A stretch of DNA of 64,000 bases, from positions 119 to 64,118 of the forward strand of contig JACKFB010000013.1 of assembly GCA_020632695.1 (NCBI GenBank). The letters run 5' to 3'. The translations under genes were made by a program, and so were the position numbers. Numbering within the stretch: position 1 is the first letter of the stretch; every line of letters begins with the position of its first letter. Positions 52,352 through 61,272 of the stretch are shown here, piece by piece. This DNA is from Deltaproteobacteria bacterium (GTDB lineage Bacteria; Myxococcota_A; UBA9042; PHBI01; JACKFB01). Below the pieces are notes generated by a model, which saw only the letters and a program-made list of their open reading frames with translations, was not told the origin of the DNA and searched no databases.

Positions 52352-53317
52352 ATGCCCCCAGGTGAGACGCCAGCACCGGATCAGACCGTCCCAGTCGGGG
52401 GGGCAGGGCAGCCGATCGAGGTGCCGCGGACGCGTATCGCCACCGATCAGGGCATCACGCGCATCTCGCTGCGCAAGCTCCCCGAGTCGGTCAACGGGAT
52501 CGGTGACGAGTGCCTGGTCGTGCTGTACGGGGGCTCGATCGGGCGGAAGTACGATCTCTATGGAGAGGAGATCCTCATCGGGCGCGACCCGCTCAACCAC
52601 ATCGTCATCGAGGTGGACAGCGTCAGCCGCAACCACGCGCGCATCGTGTCCGACGGCGACCGGCGCTACGTGGAGGATCTGGACTCCACGAACGGCACCT
52701 ACGTGGCCGACCAGCAGATCTCGCGCGGCGCGCTGCGCTCGGGCGACCTGCTCCGGGTCGGCGACGTCATCTTCAAGTACCTGGCCGGCCAGGACATCGA
52801 GGCGGCGTATCATGAGGAGATCTATCGGATGACGATCTCGGACGGGCTCACGTCGATCGCCAACCTGCGGTATCTCCAGGAGTTCCTGGAGCGGGAGCTG
52901 GCGCGCTCCAGGCGGTACGGGCGCGATCTCTCGGTCATCCTCATCGACATCGATCACTTCAAGGCCGTCAACGACAGTCTCGGCCACCTCTGCGGTGACT
53001 ACGTGCTGCGGGAGCTGTGCCAGCTCCTGGCGCGCCGCGTGCGCCGCGAAGAGCTGCTGGCGCGCTACGGCGGCGAGGAGCTGCTGCTGGTGCTGCCGGA
53101 GACCACCGTCGAGGGCGCCGCCAGCTACGGCGAGCGCCTCCGCGCCATGGTCGAGGCGCACCGCTTCGTCTTCGAGGGGCACACCGTGGCCGTGACCGTC
53201 AGCATGGGCGTGGCCGGCTTCGCCGCGAACATGGCCCGCCCGCGCGACCTCATCCGCGTCGCCGACGAGCGCCTGTACCACGCCAAGCGGAACGGCCGGA
53301 ACCGCGTCGTCGCCTGA
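52352..53317 (+). CDS. FHA domain – GGDEF diguanylate cyclase
   Basis: ATG 52352. FHA region is ILIGRDPLNHIVIEVDSVSRNHARIV...LDSTNGTYV. GGDEF region is …IDIDHFKAVNDSLGH…RYGGEELLLVLPE… with an intact GGEEL active site. Confidence 0.85.
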   Translation: MPPGETPAPDQTVPVGGAGQPIEVPRTRIATDQGITRISLRKLPESVNGIGDECLVVLYGGSIGRKYDLYGEEILIGRDPLNHIVIEVDSVSRNHARIVSDGDRRYVEDLDSTNGTYVADQQISRGALRSGDLLRVGDVIFKYLAGQDIEAAYHEEIYRMTISDGLTSIANLRYLQEFLERELARSRRYGRDLSVILIDIDHFKAVNDSLGHLCGDYVLRELCQLLARRVRREELLARYGGEELLLVLPETTVEGAASYGERLRAMVEAHRFVFEGHTVAVTVSMGVAGFAANMARPRDLIRVADERLYHAKRNGRNRVVA

Positions 53318-53402
53318 CCCCTCGGGCGAGAGCTTGCGGGCTCGGTGGAGCTCGGGGCGCGGCGCGATGGTCGGTTTCGTCCAGGCGCCTGTTTCGCGCA
53401 TC

Positions 53403-56400
53403 ATGGCGCCCATGCCCGCCTTCGACAGCGCCGCCCGTTCGGCCCGCTCGGCGACCGCCCGCTCGCGCCGCGCGATGGCGCTGCTCTGCGCCGTCGCGCT
53501 CTGGAGCGCCTGCGACGTCGGCACCCTGGACGGCGGCGGCGGCTGCGTGCGCATCCACCAGGGCGACTACGAGCTCCCGAGCCAGGCCATCGTGACCCGC
53601 GGGTTGTCGGCGCGCGTGACCCAGGCCGGCACCGACCTGCTCACCGCGCGCGTCCGCGAGCTGGTGCTCACCTTCTTCGACGCCGACGAGGAGGGCCGCG
53701 CCATCGTCCCGCTCAGCGACTTCGGGGTCGGCACCCTCGGCCTCTCCCTGGGCCCGCTGAGCGCCGAGCTGCGCGACCTCGTCATCGCGCTCGACCTCGA
53801 CGGTCTCGACGTGAGCTTCGTCGCCGGCTCCAGCCCCGCCCGCCTGCGCATCCACCTCGACGCCGCCGACGTGAGCCTGGTCTCCGGCACCCTGGCCGGC
53901 GCCCTCGACGTGCTCTTCATCAAGCCCGACCTCGCTTGCGGGCTGGGCGACGGTCCCTCGGGGCGCATCGCCCGCCTGGGCTTCGACGTCGACCTGGTCC
54001 TGGCCACCGACGCCTCCGGCGCGCTCAGCGTCCACACCGAGGCGCTCACGGTGCGCGTCGAGGAGGTCGGGCTGACCGTCATCACCGACTGCCAGCTCGC
54101 CGAATGCCAGGACGGCTGCGGTGAGTGTCAGCTCGCCTGCGGCGCCGGCGATCTCGCCGCCAAGCTGGCCCCGGCCATCCAGAGCCTCTTCGCCGACCTC
54201 ATCGACACCCTGGTGAGCTGGGTCGCCGACACCCTGGCCCCGATCCTCATCGACGCCTTCCTCAACGGCAAGCCCCTGGCCGTGGAGGGCACCCTCGACG
54301 TCGCCAGCCTGGGCGCCGCGCTGCTGCCCTGGCTCTCCGGCGCCTCGCCCATCGGCGTCCTCGGCCAGCCCGCTGGCGACGCGTTCGCCGTGACGGGCAG
54401 CGGCGCCGACACCGGCCTCAGCGTCGCCCTGGATGCCGGCGTCGACGCCCTCTCCGTCGCCGCGTGCATCGCCGAGCCCTCGCCCCTGCCGCTCTTCGTC
54501 GCGCAGCCGCCGCCGCCCTGGCCTGACCGCGCCACGGGCCCCGACGGCAGCCAGGTCCCGTACCACATGGGCCTCGCCATCAGCGCCGCCGTGGTCGCCG
54601 AGGCCGTACACGCGAGCTGGCGCGCCGGCGTGCTCTGCATCGACCTCCAGAGCGCCGACCTCGCCGCGCTCACCGGCGGGGCCGTCGTCCTGACGGCCGA
54701 CGCGCTCGGCGTGCTGCTGCCCGGCATCACGAGCATCGTCGAACCCGACGCCCCCGTCCGCGTCCGCCTCCGCCCCCGCCTCGGCGACGCCTCTCCCGTC
54801 CGCTTCGCTGCCCTGCCCGGCGAGCCGGACCTCACCGTCACCCTCGACGACGCCGAGATCGCCGTGGAGGCCCAGGTGGGCGACCACTTCCTCCGCCTGG
54901 TGAGCTTCTCCGCCGACCTGGCCCTCCGCCTCGGCCTCGACGCCCTCGCCGGCGCCCAGCTCTCCGTCCGCGTCGACGGTATCGACGTGTCGGACCTGCG
55001 CGTGCCCCAGAGCGAGATCTTCGCCAGCGCGCGCCTGGATCTCGTCGCCCCCTTCGTCGTCGATCTGGTGCTGGGGGTGCTCGCCGAGCGCGCGCTGCGC
55101 TTCGACCTGGACCTGGGCTCCCTGGTGAGCTCGCTCGTCGATCTCCCGCTGGTGCCGGTCATCGAGGAGATCACCGGCACCGGCGACTGGCTGCGCGTCC
55201 TCATCGGCCTGCGCAGCGCCTCCCCGCCGATGACGGCGCTGCTGGCGTCGCGGGTGCACCTCATCGAAGCCCGCCCCGGCGGCGCGCGCCTGTGGGTGGA
55301 GGCCCCCGCCGGCGCCCAGGTCCAGCTCCGCGCGGCCGGCGGCGCGTGGGGCGCCTGGCACGCGGCCGACCACCCCTTCGACGCGAGCCTCGCCGGGCTG
55401 TGGCGCCGAGGGCCCACCTTCATCGAGGCCCGCCTGCGCCCCGCCGGAGGCCGCCCCGGCCCCGCCGCCCGGGTCCCCGTGACCCTCGCCGCTCCGGAGC
55501 CCGCCGCGGTGCCCTCGACGGCCACCGTCCCGCTCGCGCCGCGCTCCGCCGAAACCGCCCCGCTCGCGCCGCGCTCCGCCGAATCCGCGCCGCTCACCGG
55601 CTGCCGAGGCGGCCCCGCCGGCGCGCCGCCCCTGTCCCCCCTCGTCGCCCTGGCCCTGCTGCTGCTGGCCGCGCGCCGCCAACGGCGCGTTCCCACCGGC
55701 CGACGCGCTGCCGCCGCCCTCGGCCTGACGCTGCTGCTGGCTCCGCTGCCCGCCTGCGGGTCTGGCGAGGCGCCGCCGCTCTCATGCACCGCGGACTCCC
55801 AGTGCCCCGCGCGCTCGGTGTGCGGCCCCGAAGGCACCTGCGTCGTCGCCACCGCCTGCGCCTCCGACGACGCCTGCTGCCCGGGCTCCCTCTGCTTCAA
55901 CGGCTACTGCCGACCCACGCCCCGGTGCTCGGAGCAGAGCCCCTGCCTCGCCCCCGGCACGGCCTGCGAGGACGCCCGCTGCGTCGCGGCCCCGTGCGAC
56001 AGCGACGCCGCCTGCCCCGACTCCGCCCGCTGCACCGGCGGCCGCTGCGTCGCCGGGCTGCCTTGCGGTGGCTGCCCCGCCGGCGCCGCGTGCGACCTGC
56101 CCAGCGGTCGCTGCGTCGCAGCCCCGCTCTGCGACGGCGCCTGCGACCCGGGCGACGTGCTGACCCTCGACCCCGCCTCCCCGGTGACCCCGCTCTCCTG
56201 CGGCGGCCTGAGCGCGCGCTGCCGGTGCACGCCCCTGCCGGAGCTGCCGCCGCCGCTCCCCGGCATCGAAGGCCAGTTCCTGGCCACGCCGGGAGGCCCG
56301 ACCCTGGTCAGCCACGACCCGGTCTACGGCGATCTGGTGGTCTCGCGCTTCTCGGAGGACCTGGACAGCCGAAGCGACCTGGCGGTGGACGGCGTGCCCG

Positions 56401-57623
56401 ACCTCGCCGCCACCGCCGCGTCCGTCGGCTACCGCGGCGGCATCGCCGAGGCGGGCCCGCGCCGGGGGCTGCACCCGGCGGCCATCTGGCGCACCGAGTC
56501 GGGGCACGCCATCGCCGACCTCATCCACCAGGACGGCGACCTGGCGCGGGCGCGCTACGCCCGGGTCGACCTGAACGCGGGCCAGCTCCTGCAGTCGCAC
56601 GAGCTGCCCGTCGAGGGGAAGGCCGGCCGCTACGCCTGCCTCGCGCGGCACCCCGCCACCGGACGTCTGGTGGGCTGGGTCTACGTGGCGCGCGACGCCT
56701 CGGGCACCGTGTCCCGGCTCGTCCGCGTCGAGGCGCGCACCGACACGCCCGCCGGCCCCGAGGACTGGTCGGTCGCCCTGGTCCGGGAGAGCCCGCTGCC
56801 CGTGACCTCGCCCGAGCCGTGCGCGGCCGCCTGTGCCTTGACCGAGCTCTGCGTGCGCTTCGGCCCCGGAGACGACCGCTGCGTCGGCGCGCTCGAGCGC
56901 CCGAGCTGCGCCGCTCCCTGCGCGGCTCGCGAGCTCTGCGTGGACGCGCCCACGCCCGTCTGCCGGCCGCGCGTCCAACCCGAAGGCGCCCCCGGCGCGC
57001 TCCCCACCGGCGAGGGCCTCTTCGTGACCTGTGCGGCCGTGCCCGACGGTCTGGTGGTGGCCTGGTACGACGCAGACGCCGGCGCCCTCCGCGCCTTGCG
57101 AGGGCTCGGGGCCGGGGCGGTCGCGGTGCGCGTCGACGGGACCGACGATCCCCACGACGCCAGCGACGTCGGCGCCCACGCCCGGCTCGCCGTCGCGCCC
57201 GACGGGACCGTGCGCATCGCATACCAGGACGCGCGCGCGGGCTCGCTGTGGCTCGCCACCCAGGCGACCCCCGAGGCGCCGTGGGAGACCGAGCGGGTCC
57301 ACGCGGCGGGGGCGGGCGGCGCCGGCCGCGATCTGGGCGCCTGGCCGGCGCTGGTGCACGACGCGGCGGGCGAGCCCGTCGTCGCCTACGCCGACACCGA
57401 GCGCGGCGACATCTGGGTGGCTCGCCGCGGCCCGGACGGCTGCTGGCGACGCACGCGCCCCCTCGCGGACGGCGCCTTCGCGTGGCCGGCGCTGGCGCTG
57501 GCGCCCGACGGCTCGCTGCAGCTCAGCGCCCTGCTGCTGGCCTTCGACGAGGCCGGGCGTCCTCTGCATCGCCTGCTCACGAGCAGCCTCCCCATCCCCG
57601 CGGGGCCATGCGCCGCGCCCTGA
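53403..57623 (+). CDS. Large secreted Cys-repeat protein; single open frame that appears to contain two fused products (an internal MYXO-CTERM-like sorting signal followed by a new lipoprotein signal)
   Basis: N-terminal signal …RRAMALLCAVALWSAC. At 55600..55690 the frame reads TGCRGGPAGAPPLSPLVALALLLLAARRQRR, a MYXO-CTERM-like tail. This is immediately followed in frame by VPTGRRAAAALGLTLLLAPLPACGSG, a lipobox signal. No stop or canonical start separates them. The downstream half carries Myxococcus-type Cys-rich repeats (C..S.C..G..C…). Confidence 0.6.
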   Translation: MAPMPAFDSAARSARSATARSRRAMALLCAVALWSACDVGTLDGGGGCVRIHQGDYELPSQAIVTRGLSARVTQAGTDLLTARVRELVLTFFDADEEGRAIVPLSDFGVGTLGLSLGPLSAELRDLVIALDLDGLDVSFVAGSSPARLRIHLDAADVSLVSGTLAGALDVLFIKPDLACGLGDGPSGRIARLGFDVDLVLATDASGALSVHTEALTVRVEEVGLTVITDCQLAECQDGCGECQLACGAGDLAAKLAPAIQSLFADLIDTLVSWVADTLAPILIDAFLNGKPLAVEGTLDVASLGAALLPWLSGASPIGVLGQPAGDAFAVTGSGADTGLSVALDAGVDALSVAACIAEPSPLPLFVAQPPPPWPDRATGPDGSQVPYHMGLAISAAVVAEAVHASWRAGVLCIDLQSADLAALTGGAVVLTADALGVLLPGITSIVEPDAPVRVRLRPRLGDASPVRFAALPGEPDLTVTLDDAEIAVEAQVGDHFLRLVSFSADLALRLGLDALAGAQLSVRVDGIDVSDLRVPQSEIFASARLDLVAPFVVDLVLGVLAERALRFDLDLGSLVSSLVDLPLVPVIEEITGTGDWLRVLIGLRSASPPMTALLASRVHLIEARPGGARLWVEAPAGAQVQLRAAGGAWGAWHAADHPFDASLAGLWRRGPTFIEARLRPAGGRPGPAARVPVTLAAPEPAAVPSTATVPLAPRSAETAPLAPRSAESAPLTGCRGGPAGAPPLSPLVALALLLLAARRQRRVPTGRRAAAALGLTLLLAPLPACGSGEAPPLSCTADSQCPARSVCGPEGTCVVATACASDDACCPGSLCFNGYCRPTPRCSEQSPCLAPGTACEDARCVAAPCDSDAACPDSARCTGGRCVAGLPCGGCPAGAACDLPSGRCVAAPLCDGACDPGDVLTLDPASPVTPLSCGGLSARCRCTPLPELPPPLPGIEGQFLATPGGPTLVSHDPVYGDLVVSRFSEDLDSRSDLAVDGVPDLAATAASVGYRGGIAEAGPRRGLHPAAIWRTESGHAIADLIHQDGDLARARYARVDLNAGQLLQSHELPVEGKAGRYACLARHPATGRLVGWVYVARDASGTVSRLVRVEARTDTPAGPEDWSVALVRESPLPVTSPEPCAAACALTELCVRFGPGDDRCVGALERPSCAAPCAARELCVDAPTPVCRPRVQPEGAPGALPTGEGLFVTCAAVPDGLVVAWYDADAGALRALRGLGAGAVAVRVDGTDDPHDASDVGAHARLAVAPDGTVRIAYQDARAGSLWLATQATPEAPWETERVHAAGAGGAGRDLGAWPALVHDAAGEPVVAYADTERGDIWVARRGPDGCWRRTRPLADGAFAWPALALAPDGSLQLSALLLAFDEAGRPLHRLLTSSLPIPAGPCAAP

Positions 57624-57752
57624 GGCCGACGGGGGGCAGGACCCGGACGCGGCGCTCCGGCGTGGTCGCCCACGGTCGATTCCGGCGTGTCTCTATGGAC
57701 ATGGAGCGCCCGAGCACGGACTATTGAACGCGGCTGTAGTAACGGGGTTCCG

Positions 57753-58508
57753 ATGGGTGACGAAGACAACGGACAGTTCGGCAACGTCCCCGTCATTCGT
57801 ATCGACGATGACGAGCTCGGGGATCTGGCGACGATGTTCGAGGGTGAGGCGACGGAACCGGAGCCCGAGTCCGCGTCGACGCACCACGTGGATCTCGAGG
57901 CCGAGGATTTCGAAGCGCTGCTGCTGCGCGCCCTCGGCGAGGCCAGCGGCGAGGCCGCGCCGCGCGGGCCGGTGAGCCAGCCGCGGATCCCGGTGTCCCA
58001 GGCACTGCAGCGCGCCGCCATGCCCCAGCCTCCGCCCCCCGATCGCCAGGCGGTCGAGCGGCACGCCATCGAGGAGTCGCGCGTCGTCGGCGAGCTGCGC
58101 AACAAGCTCAAGGAGCTGACCTCGGAGACTGACCGCTACCGCCGGCGCATCGCCGAGGAGGCGGCCGGCGCTCGCGCCAGCGGACGCGCCGACGTGTGCA
58201 AGCAGATCCTGCCCACCTTGGACGCCTTGGAGCTGGCGCTGCACGCCGCCAAGGCCAACCACGACGTCGAGCAGCTCACCCGCGGCCTCGACCTGGTCGT
58301 GCGGCAGCTCGGCGGTGCCCTCAGCGCGGTCGGGCTCGAGGAGATCCCCGCGGCGGGCGCCCCCTTCGACCCCGCGATGCACGAGGCCTTCCAGCAACGG
58401 CGCACCGGGAGCGCCCCGCCCGGGACGGTCATCGACGTGCTCCGCCGCGGCTGGACCTTCAACGGGAAGCTGCTCCGCGCCGCCCAGGTCGTCGTCGAGT
58501 CGAGCTGA
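57753..58508 (+). CDS. grpE: Nucleotide exchange factor GrpE
   Basis: …ILPTLDALELAL…GLEEIPAAGAPFDPAMHEAF…GTVIDVLRRGWTFNGKLLRAAQVVV matches the GrpE coiled-coil and beta-sheet C-terminus. Confidence 0.85.
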   Translation: MGDEDNGQFGNVPVIRIDDDELGDLATMFEGEATEPEPESASTHHVDLEAEDFEALLLRALGEASGEAAPRGPVSQPRIPVSQALQRAAMPQPPPPDRQAVERHAIEESRVVGELRNKLKELTSETDRYRRRIAEEAAGARASGRADVCKQILPTLDALELALHAAKANHDVEQLTRGLDLVVRQLGGALSAVGLEEIPAAGAPFDPAMHEAFQQRRTGSAPPGTVIDVLRRGWTFNGKLLRAAQVVVESS

Positions 58509-58561
58509 CACGGGGGAGGCGCGTTGACACGGTGCTGGGGCACTGCTAACAGGCGCCGGTC

Positions 58562-59485
58562 ATGCGTCCCGCCCTCCAAGCCGCTGTCCTCACCCTCGCG
58601 CTAGCGGCCTCGGGAGGCTGCAACCGCCACGTGGTGAAGCACCCGCCCTCTCCGCAGGAGCAGGCGCGCCACGCCTACTTCAAGGGCATGGAGGATCTGG
58701 TGGCCGGCAACTACCTGCCGGCGATCCAGATCTTCAACCAGGTGGCACGCAGCCCGCGCTACGTCCGCTACGCGGCGCTGGCCCGCCTGCGCATCGGCGA
58801 CGCCTTCTTCCTGCAGGACCGCTTCGAGGAGGCCATCGAGGCCTACCGGGTCTTCGTCGCCCAGTACGGCAGCGACGCGAACGTCCCCTACGCCCGCTTC
58901 CGCATCGCCGCCGCGTACCACGCCCGGATGCCAGGCTCGTGGTTCGCCACGCCGCCGGCCTCCGAGATGGACCAGACCATGACCACCCAGGCGCAGCGCG
59001 AGCTCGAGGGCTTCCTGCGCACCTTCCCGACCAGCCGCTACGCGCCCGAGGCGCGCAGGATGCTCATCGACGCCCGGAAGATGCTGCTCGAGCACGAGCT
59101 CTACGTCGCGCGCTACTACGAGAAGCGGCAGAAGTGGCGGGCCACGGCCTGGCGGCTGGACGGCGCGCTGAGGACCTACCCCGAGCTGGCCGGCACTCCG
59201 GACATCGTGTGGCGCATGGCCCGCGCCTACCAGCGCGCCGACGAGGACGCGGACGCGGCCCGGGCCTACGCGATGTACCTCGAGCGCTTCCCCAAGGGGC
59301 CGAAACGACGCGGGGCGAAACAAGCACTGGACGAACTGCGCCGAGATCTGGAGAATCCGCCGCCCGCGGCTCCCGAGTCCGGCGCCGACACGTCGGCCCC
59401 GCACGCGGCGCCCGCTCCGGCCGAGGACGACGACGGGGACTCACCCCCGCCCGAGCGCCCCGACGCAGACATCGACGATCCCTGA
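58562..59485 (+). CDS. bamD: Outer membrane protein assembly factor BamD (TPR lipoprotein)
   Basis: MRPALQAAVLTLALAASGGCN lipobox. …YFKGMEDLVAGNYLPAIQIFNQV…FRIAAAYHA…LIDARKMLLEHELYVARYY matches the BamD/YfiO TPR body. Confidence 0.8.
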   Translation: MRPALQAAVLTLALAASGGCNRHVVKHPPSPQEQARHAYFKGMEDLVAGNYLPAIQIFNQVARSPRYVRYAALARLRIGDAFFLQDRFEEAIEAYRVFVAQYGSDANVPYARFRIAAAYHARMPGSWFATPPASEMDQTMTTQAQRELEGFLRTFPTSRYAPEARRMLIDARKMLLEHELYVARYYEKRQKWRATAWRLDGALRTYPELAGTPDIVWRMARAYQRADEDADAARAYAMYLERFPKGPKRRGAKQALDELRRDLENPPPAAPESGADTSAPHAAPAPAEDDDGDSPPPERPDADIDDP

Positions 59486-59546
59486 CGGCGGCCTCGTCCG
59501 CCACGCTCCCAACCTCCGATTAAGGCATCACTAAAGGAGATACGCC

Positions 59547-59888
59547 GTGCATCATCCCAAGTCCCCCAAGCAGCTCGTCGCCGACTCGTTCGGCTCCCGC
59601 GCAGCCCTCGTCGACGCCATCATCGGCGTGCTCGGTGACGAGGAGGGCCTCCGCTCGCGCCTGATGGGCACGACCAACAAGAAGCTCCTGCGCATCCACG
59701 AGGTCGCCCAGACCGTGCAGAAGCGCTTCGGCGGAAAGTCGGGCCTGCTCGACGCGGCCGCGAAGCTCCAGTTCCCGAAGGGTGGCCCCAACCCGGGCTG
59801 GCGCGAGAAGATGGAGGGCTACACCGTCAAGCGCCTCCTCGATCACCATGACGCCCTGGCGCGCCGCGCCAGCAAGGCGCGGGACTGA
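59547..59888 (+). CDS. Small hypothetical protein (113 aa)
   Basis: GTG 59547 with AAAGGAG 7 nt upstream. Basic, helical. Coding-like codon bias. Confidence 0.55.
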   Translation: MHHPKSPKQLVADSFGSRAALVDAIIGVLGDEEGLRSRLMGTTNKKLLRIHEVAQTVQKRFGGKSGLLDAAAKLQFPKGGPNPGWREKMEGYTVKRLLDHHDALARRASKARD

Positions 59889-60306
59889 TCGACGCCGGAC
59901 GCGGTCGCGCCCCCGCCTGGGGCGCGATCCTCGACGACGCCTGAGCGCGGACCGGGGCAGGCCGGGGCTCTCCGCCCCAGAGGTCTCCTCGCGAGGGGAG
60001 TGCGTGCCCGCTCGGGCCCGTGCCCGCCACGCTCACGGACCTCCGGCGCACCGACCGCACCGATTCGGGAATACGCAGTCGGAACGCGGTGTTGTCATGC
60101 GTTCATCGAGCGCCGGTGACGCGCATGGCGCGACTGCGTCATTGACATCACGGCGCTGGATCTGGTTTCATCCCTCTGCGCTCGGATACGCCCGATGGTC
60201 GCGTCCTCGTCACTCATGAGGTCCCTCCGTCGCCGCACATGCGCCCCGGACCTCGGCGAAGCGATACGACGAGTCGACCCTGGTGGTCGAGGCGAAAGGA
60301 GACTAC

Positions 60307-60840
60307 ATGGAGCCTGACTTCAAGATTGGCGACAAGGCCGTCTACCCCGCCCAGGGCGTCACGGAGATCATGGGCATAGAGAGCATGGAGATCTCCGGCA
60401 TGCATCAGAAGTTCTACGTGCTTCGCGTGCTGGACACGGACAAGAAGATCCGCATCCCCATCAACAAGGTGACGCAGGTCGGCCTGCGGTCGGTCATCCA
60501 GGGCGAGGAGGTCGACGAGGTCTACGAGATCCTCCGCGAGCGCCCGGTCAAGTTCGACCAGCAGACCTGGAACCGGCGCTATCGTCGCTATCTCGAGAAG
60601 ATCAAGACCGGCTCGGTGTACGACGTGGCCGAGGTCCTGCGTGACCTCTACCTGCTGAAGTACGACAAGAACCTGTCTTTCGGCGAGCGCAAGATGCTGG
60701 ACACGGCCCGCGCGCTGCTGGTGAAGGAGCTGTCGATCGCCCGTGACAGCGACGAGGTCACCATCGAGGCGGAGCTGGAGGAGATGTTCTCCGACGCCGC
60801 CGCGGAGGCCCAGGCCGAGCCACTGCGCGAGACCGCCTGA
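60307..60840 (+). CDS. cdnL: CarD/CdnL-family RNA polymerase-binding transcription factor
   Basis: MEPDFKIGDKAVYPAQGVTEIMGIE… is the CarD_CdnL_TRCF N-terminal domain. 177 aa. Confidence 0.88.
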   Translation: MEPDFKIGDKAVYPAQGVTEIMGIESMEISGMHQKFYVLRVLDTDKKIRIPINKVTQVGLRSVIQGEEVDEVYEILRERPVKFDQQTWNRRYRRYLEKIKTGSVYDVAEVLRDLYLLKYDKNLSFGERKMLDTARALLVKELSIARDSDEVTIEAELEEMFSDAAAEAQAEPLRETA

Positions 60841-60870
60841 CCGAGGCGGCCGGACGCCCGTTCGACCACC

Positions 60871-61201
60871 GAGACCGCGGCCCGCTCCCATGCGCGCCGC
60901 GGTTTCGTGCGTCTGGGTCCCGGCCCCGAGCCCGCGGCCCGCTCCTCTGCGCGCCGCGGTTTCGTTCGTCTGGGTCCCGACCCCGAGCCCGCTCCCATGC
61001 GCGCCGCGGTTTCGTTCGTCTGGGTCCCGGCCTCGAGCCCGCGGCCCGCTCCTCTGCGCGCCGCGGTTTCGTTCGTCTGGGCCCCGCTCCCGAGCCCGCG
61101 GGCCGCTCCCATGCGCGCCGCGGTCTATTGCGTCTGCGGGCCGGCCCCGAGACCGCGGGCCGCTGCCGCTCGCCGCCGCTTCTCGCGTCTGGGGCCGGAG
61201 G
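60871..61201. repeat. Tandem direct repeat array, ~57-bp unit x6, alternating subtypes (effective ~114-bp period)
   Basis: Units CCGAGCCCGCGGCCCGCTCC(CA/TC)TGCGCGCCGCGGTTTCGT(G/T)CGTCTGGGTCCCG(G/A)CC read directly in sequence. Odd copies carry CCCATG, even copies CCTCTG. The last two copies are degenerate. Confidence 0.8.
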
Positions 61202-61272
61202 CGCGGCGGCCGCGCGCTCCCGGCAACCGTCGCCGGGCGGGGCGGCGACTGCCTCTCGAGTGCGCCGAGCCG

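Noticed and set aside
60871-61201. Possible CRISPR array (regularly repeated ~57-bp units)
   Set aside because: The units abut one another with no unique spacers. The inter-core segments are themselves repeated. No cas genes are nearby. It is a tandem direct repeat, not a repeat-spacer array.
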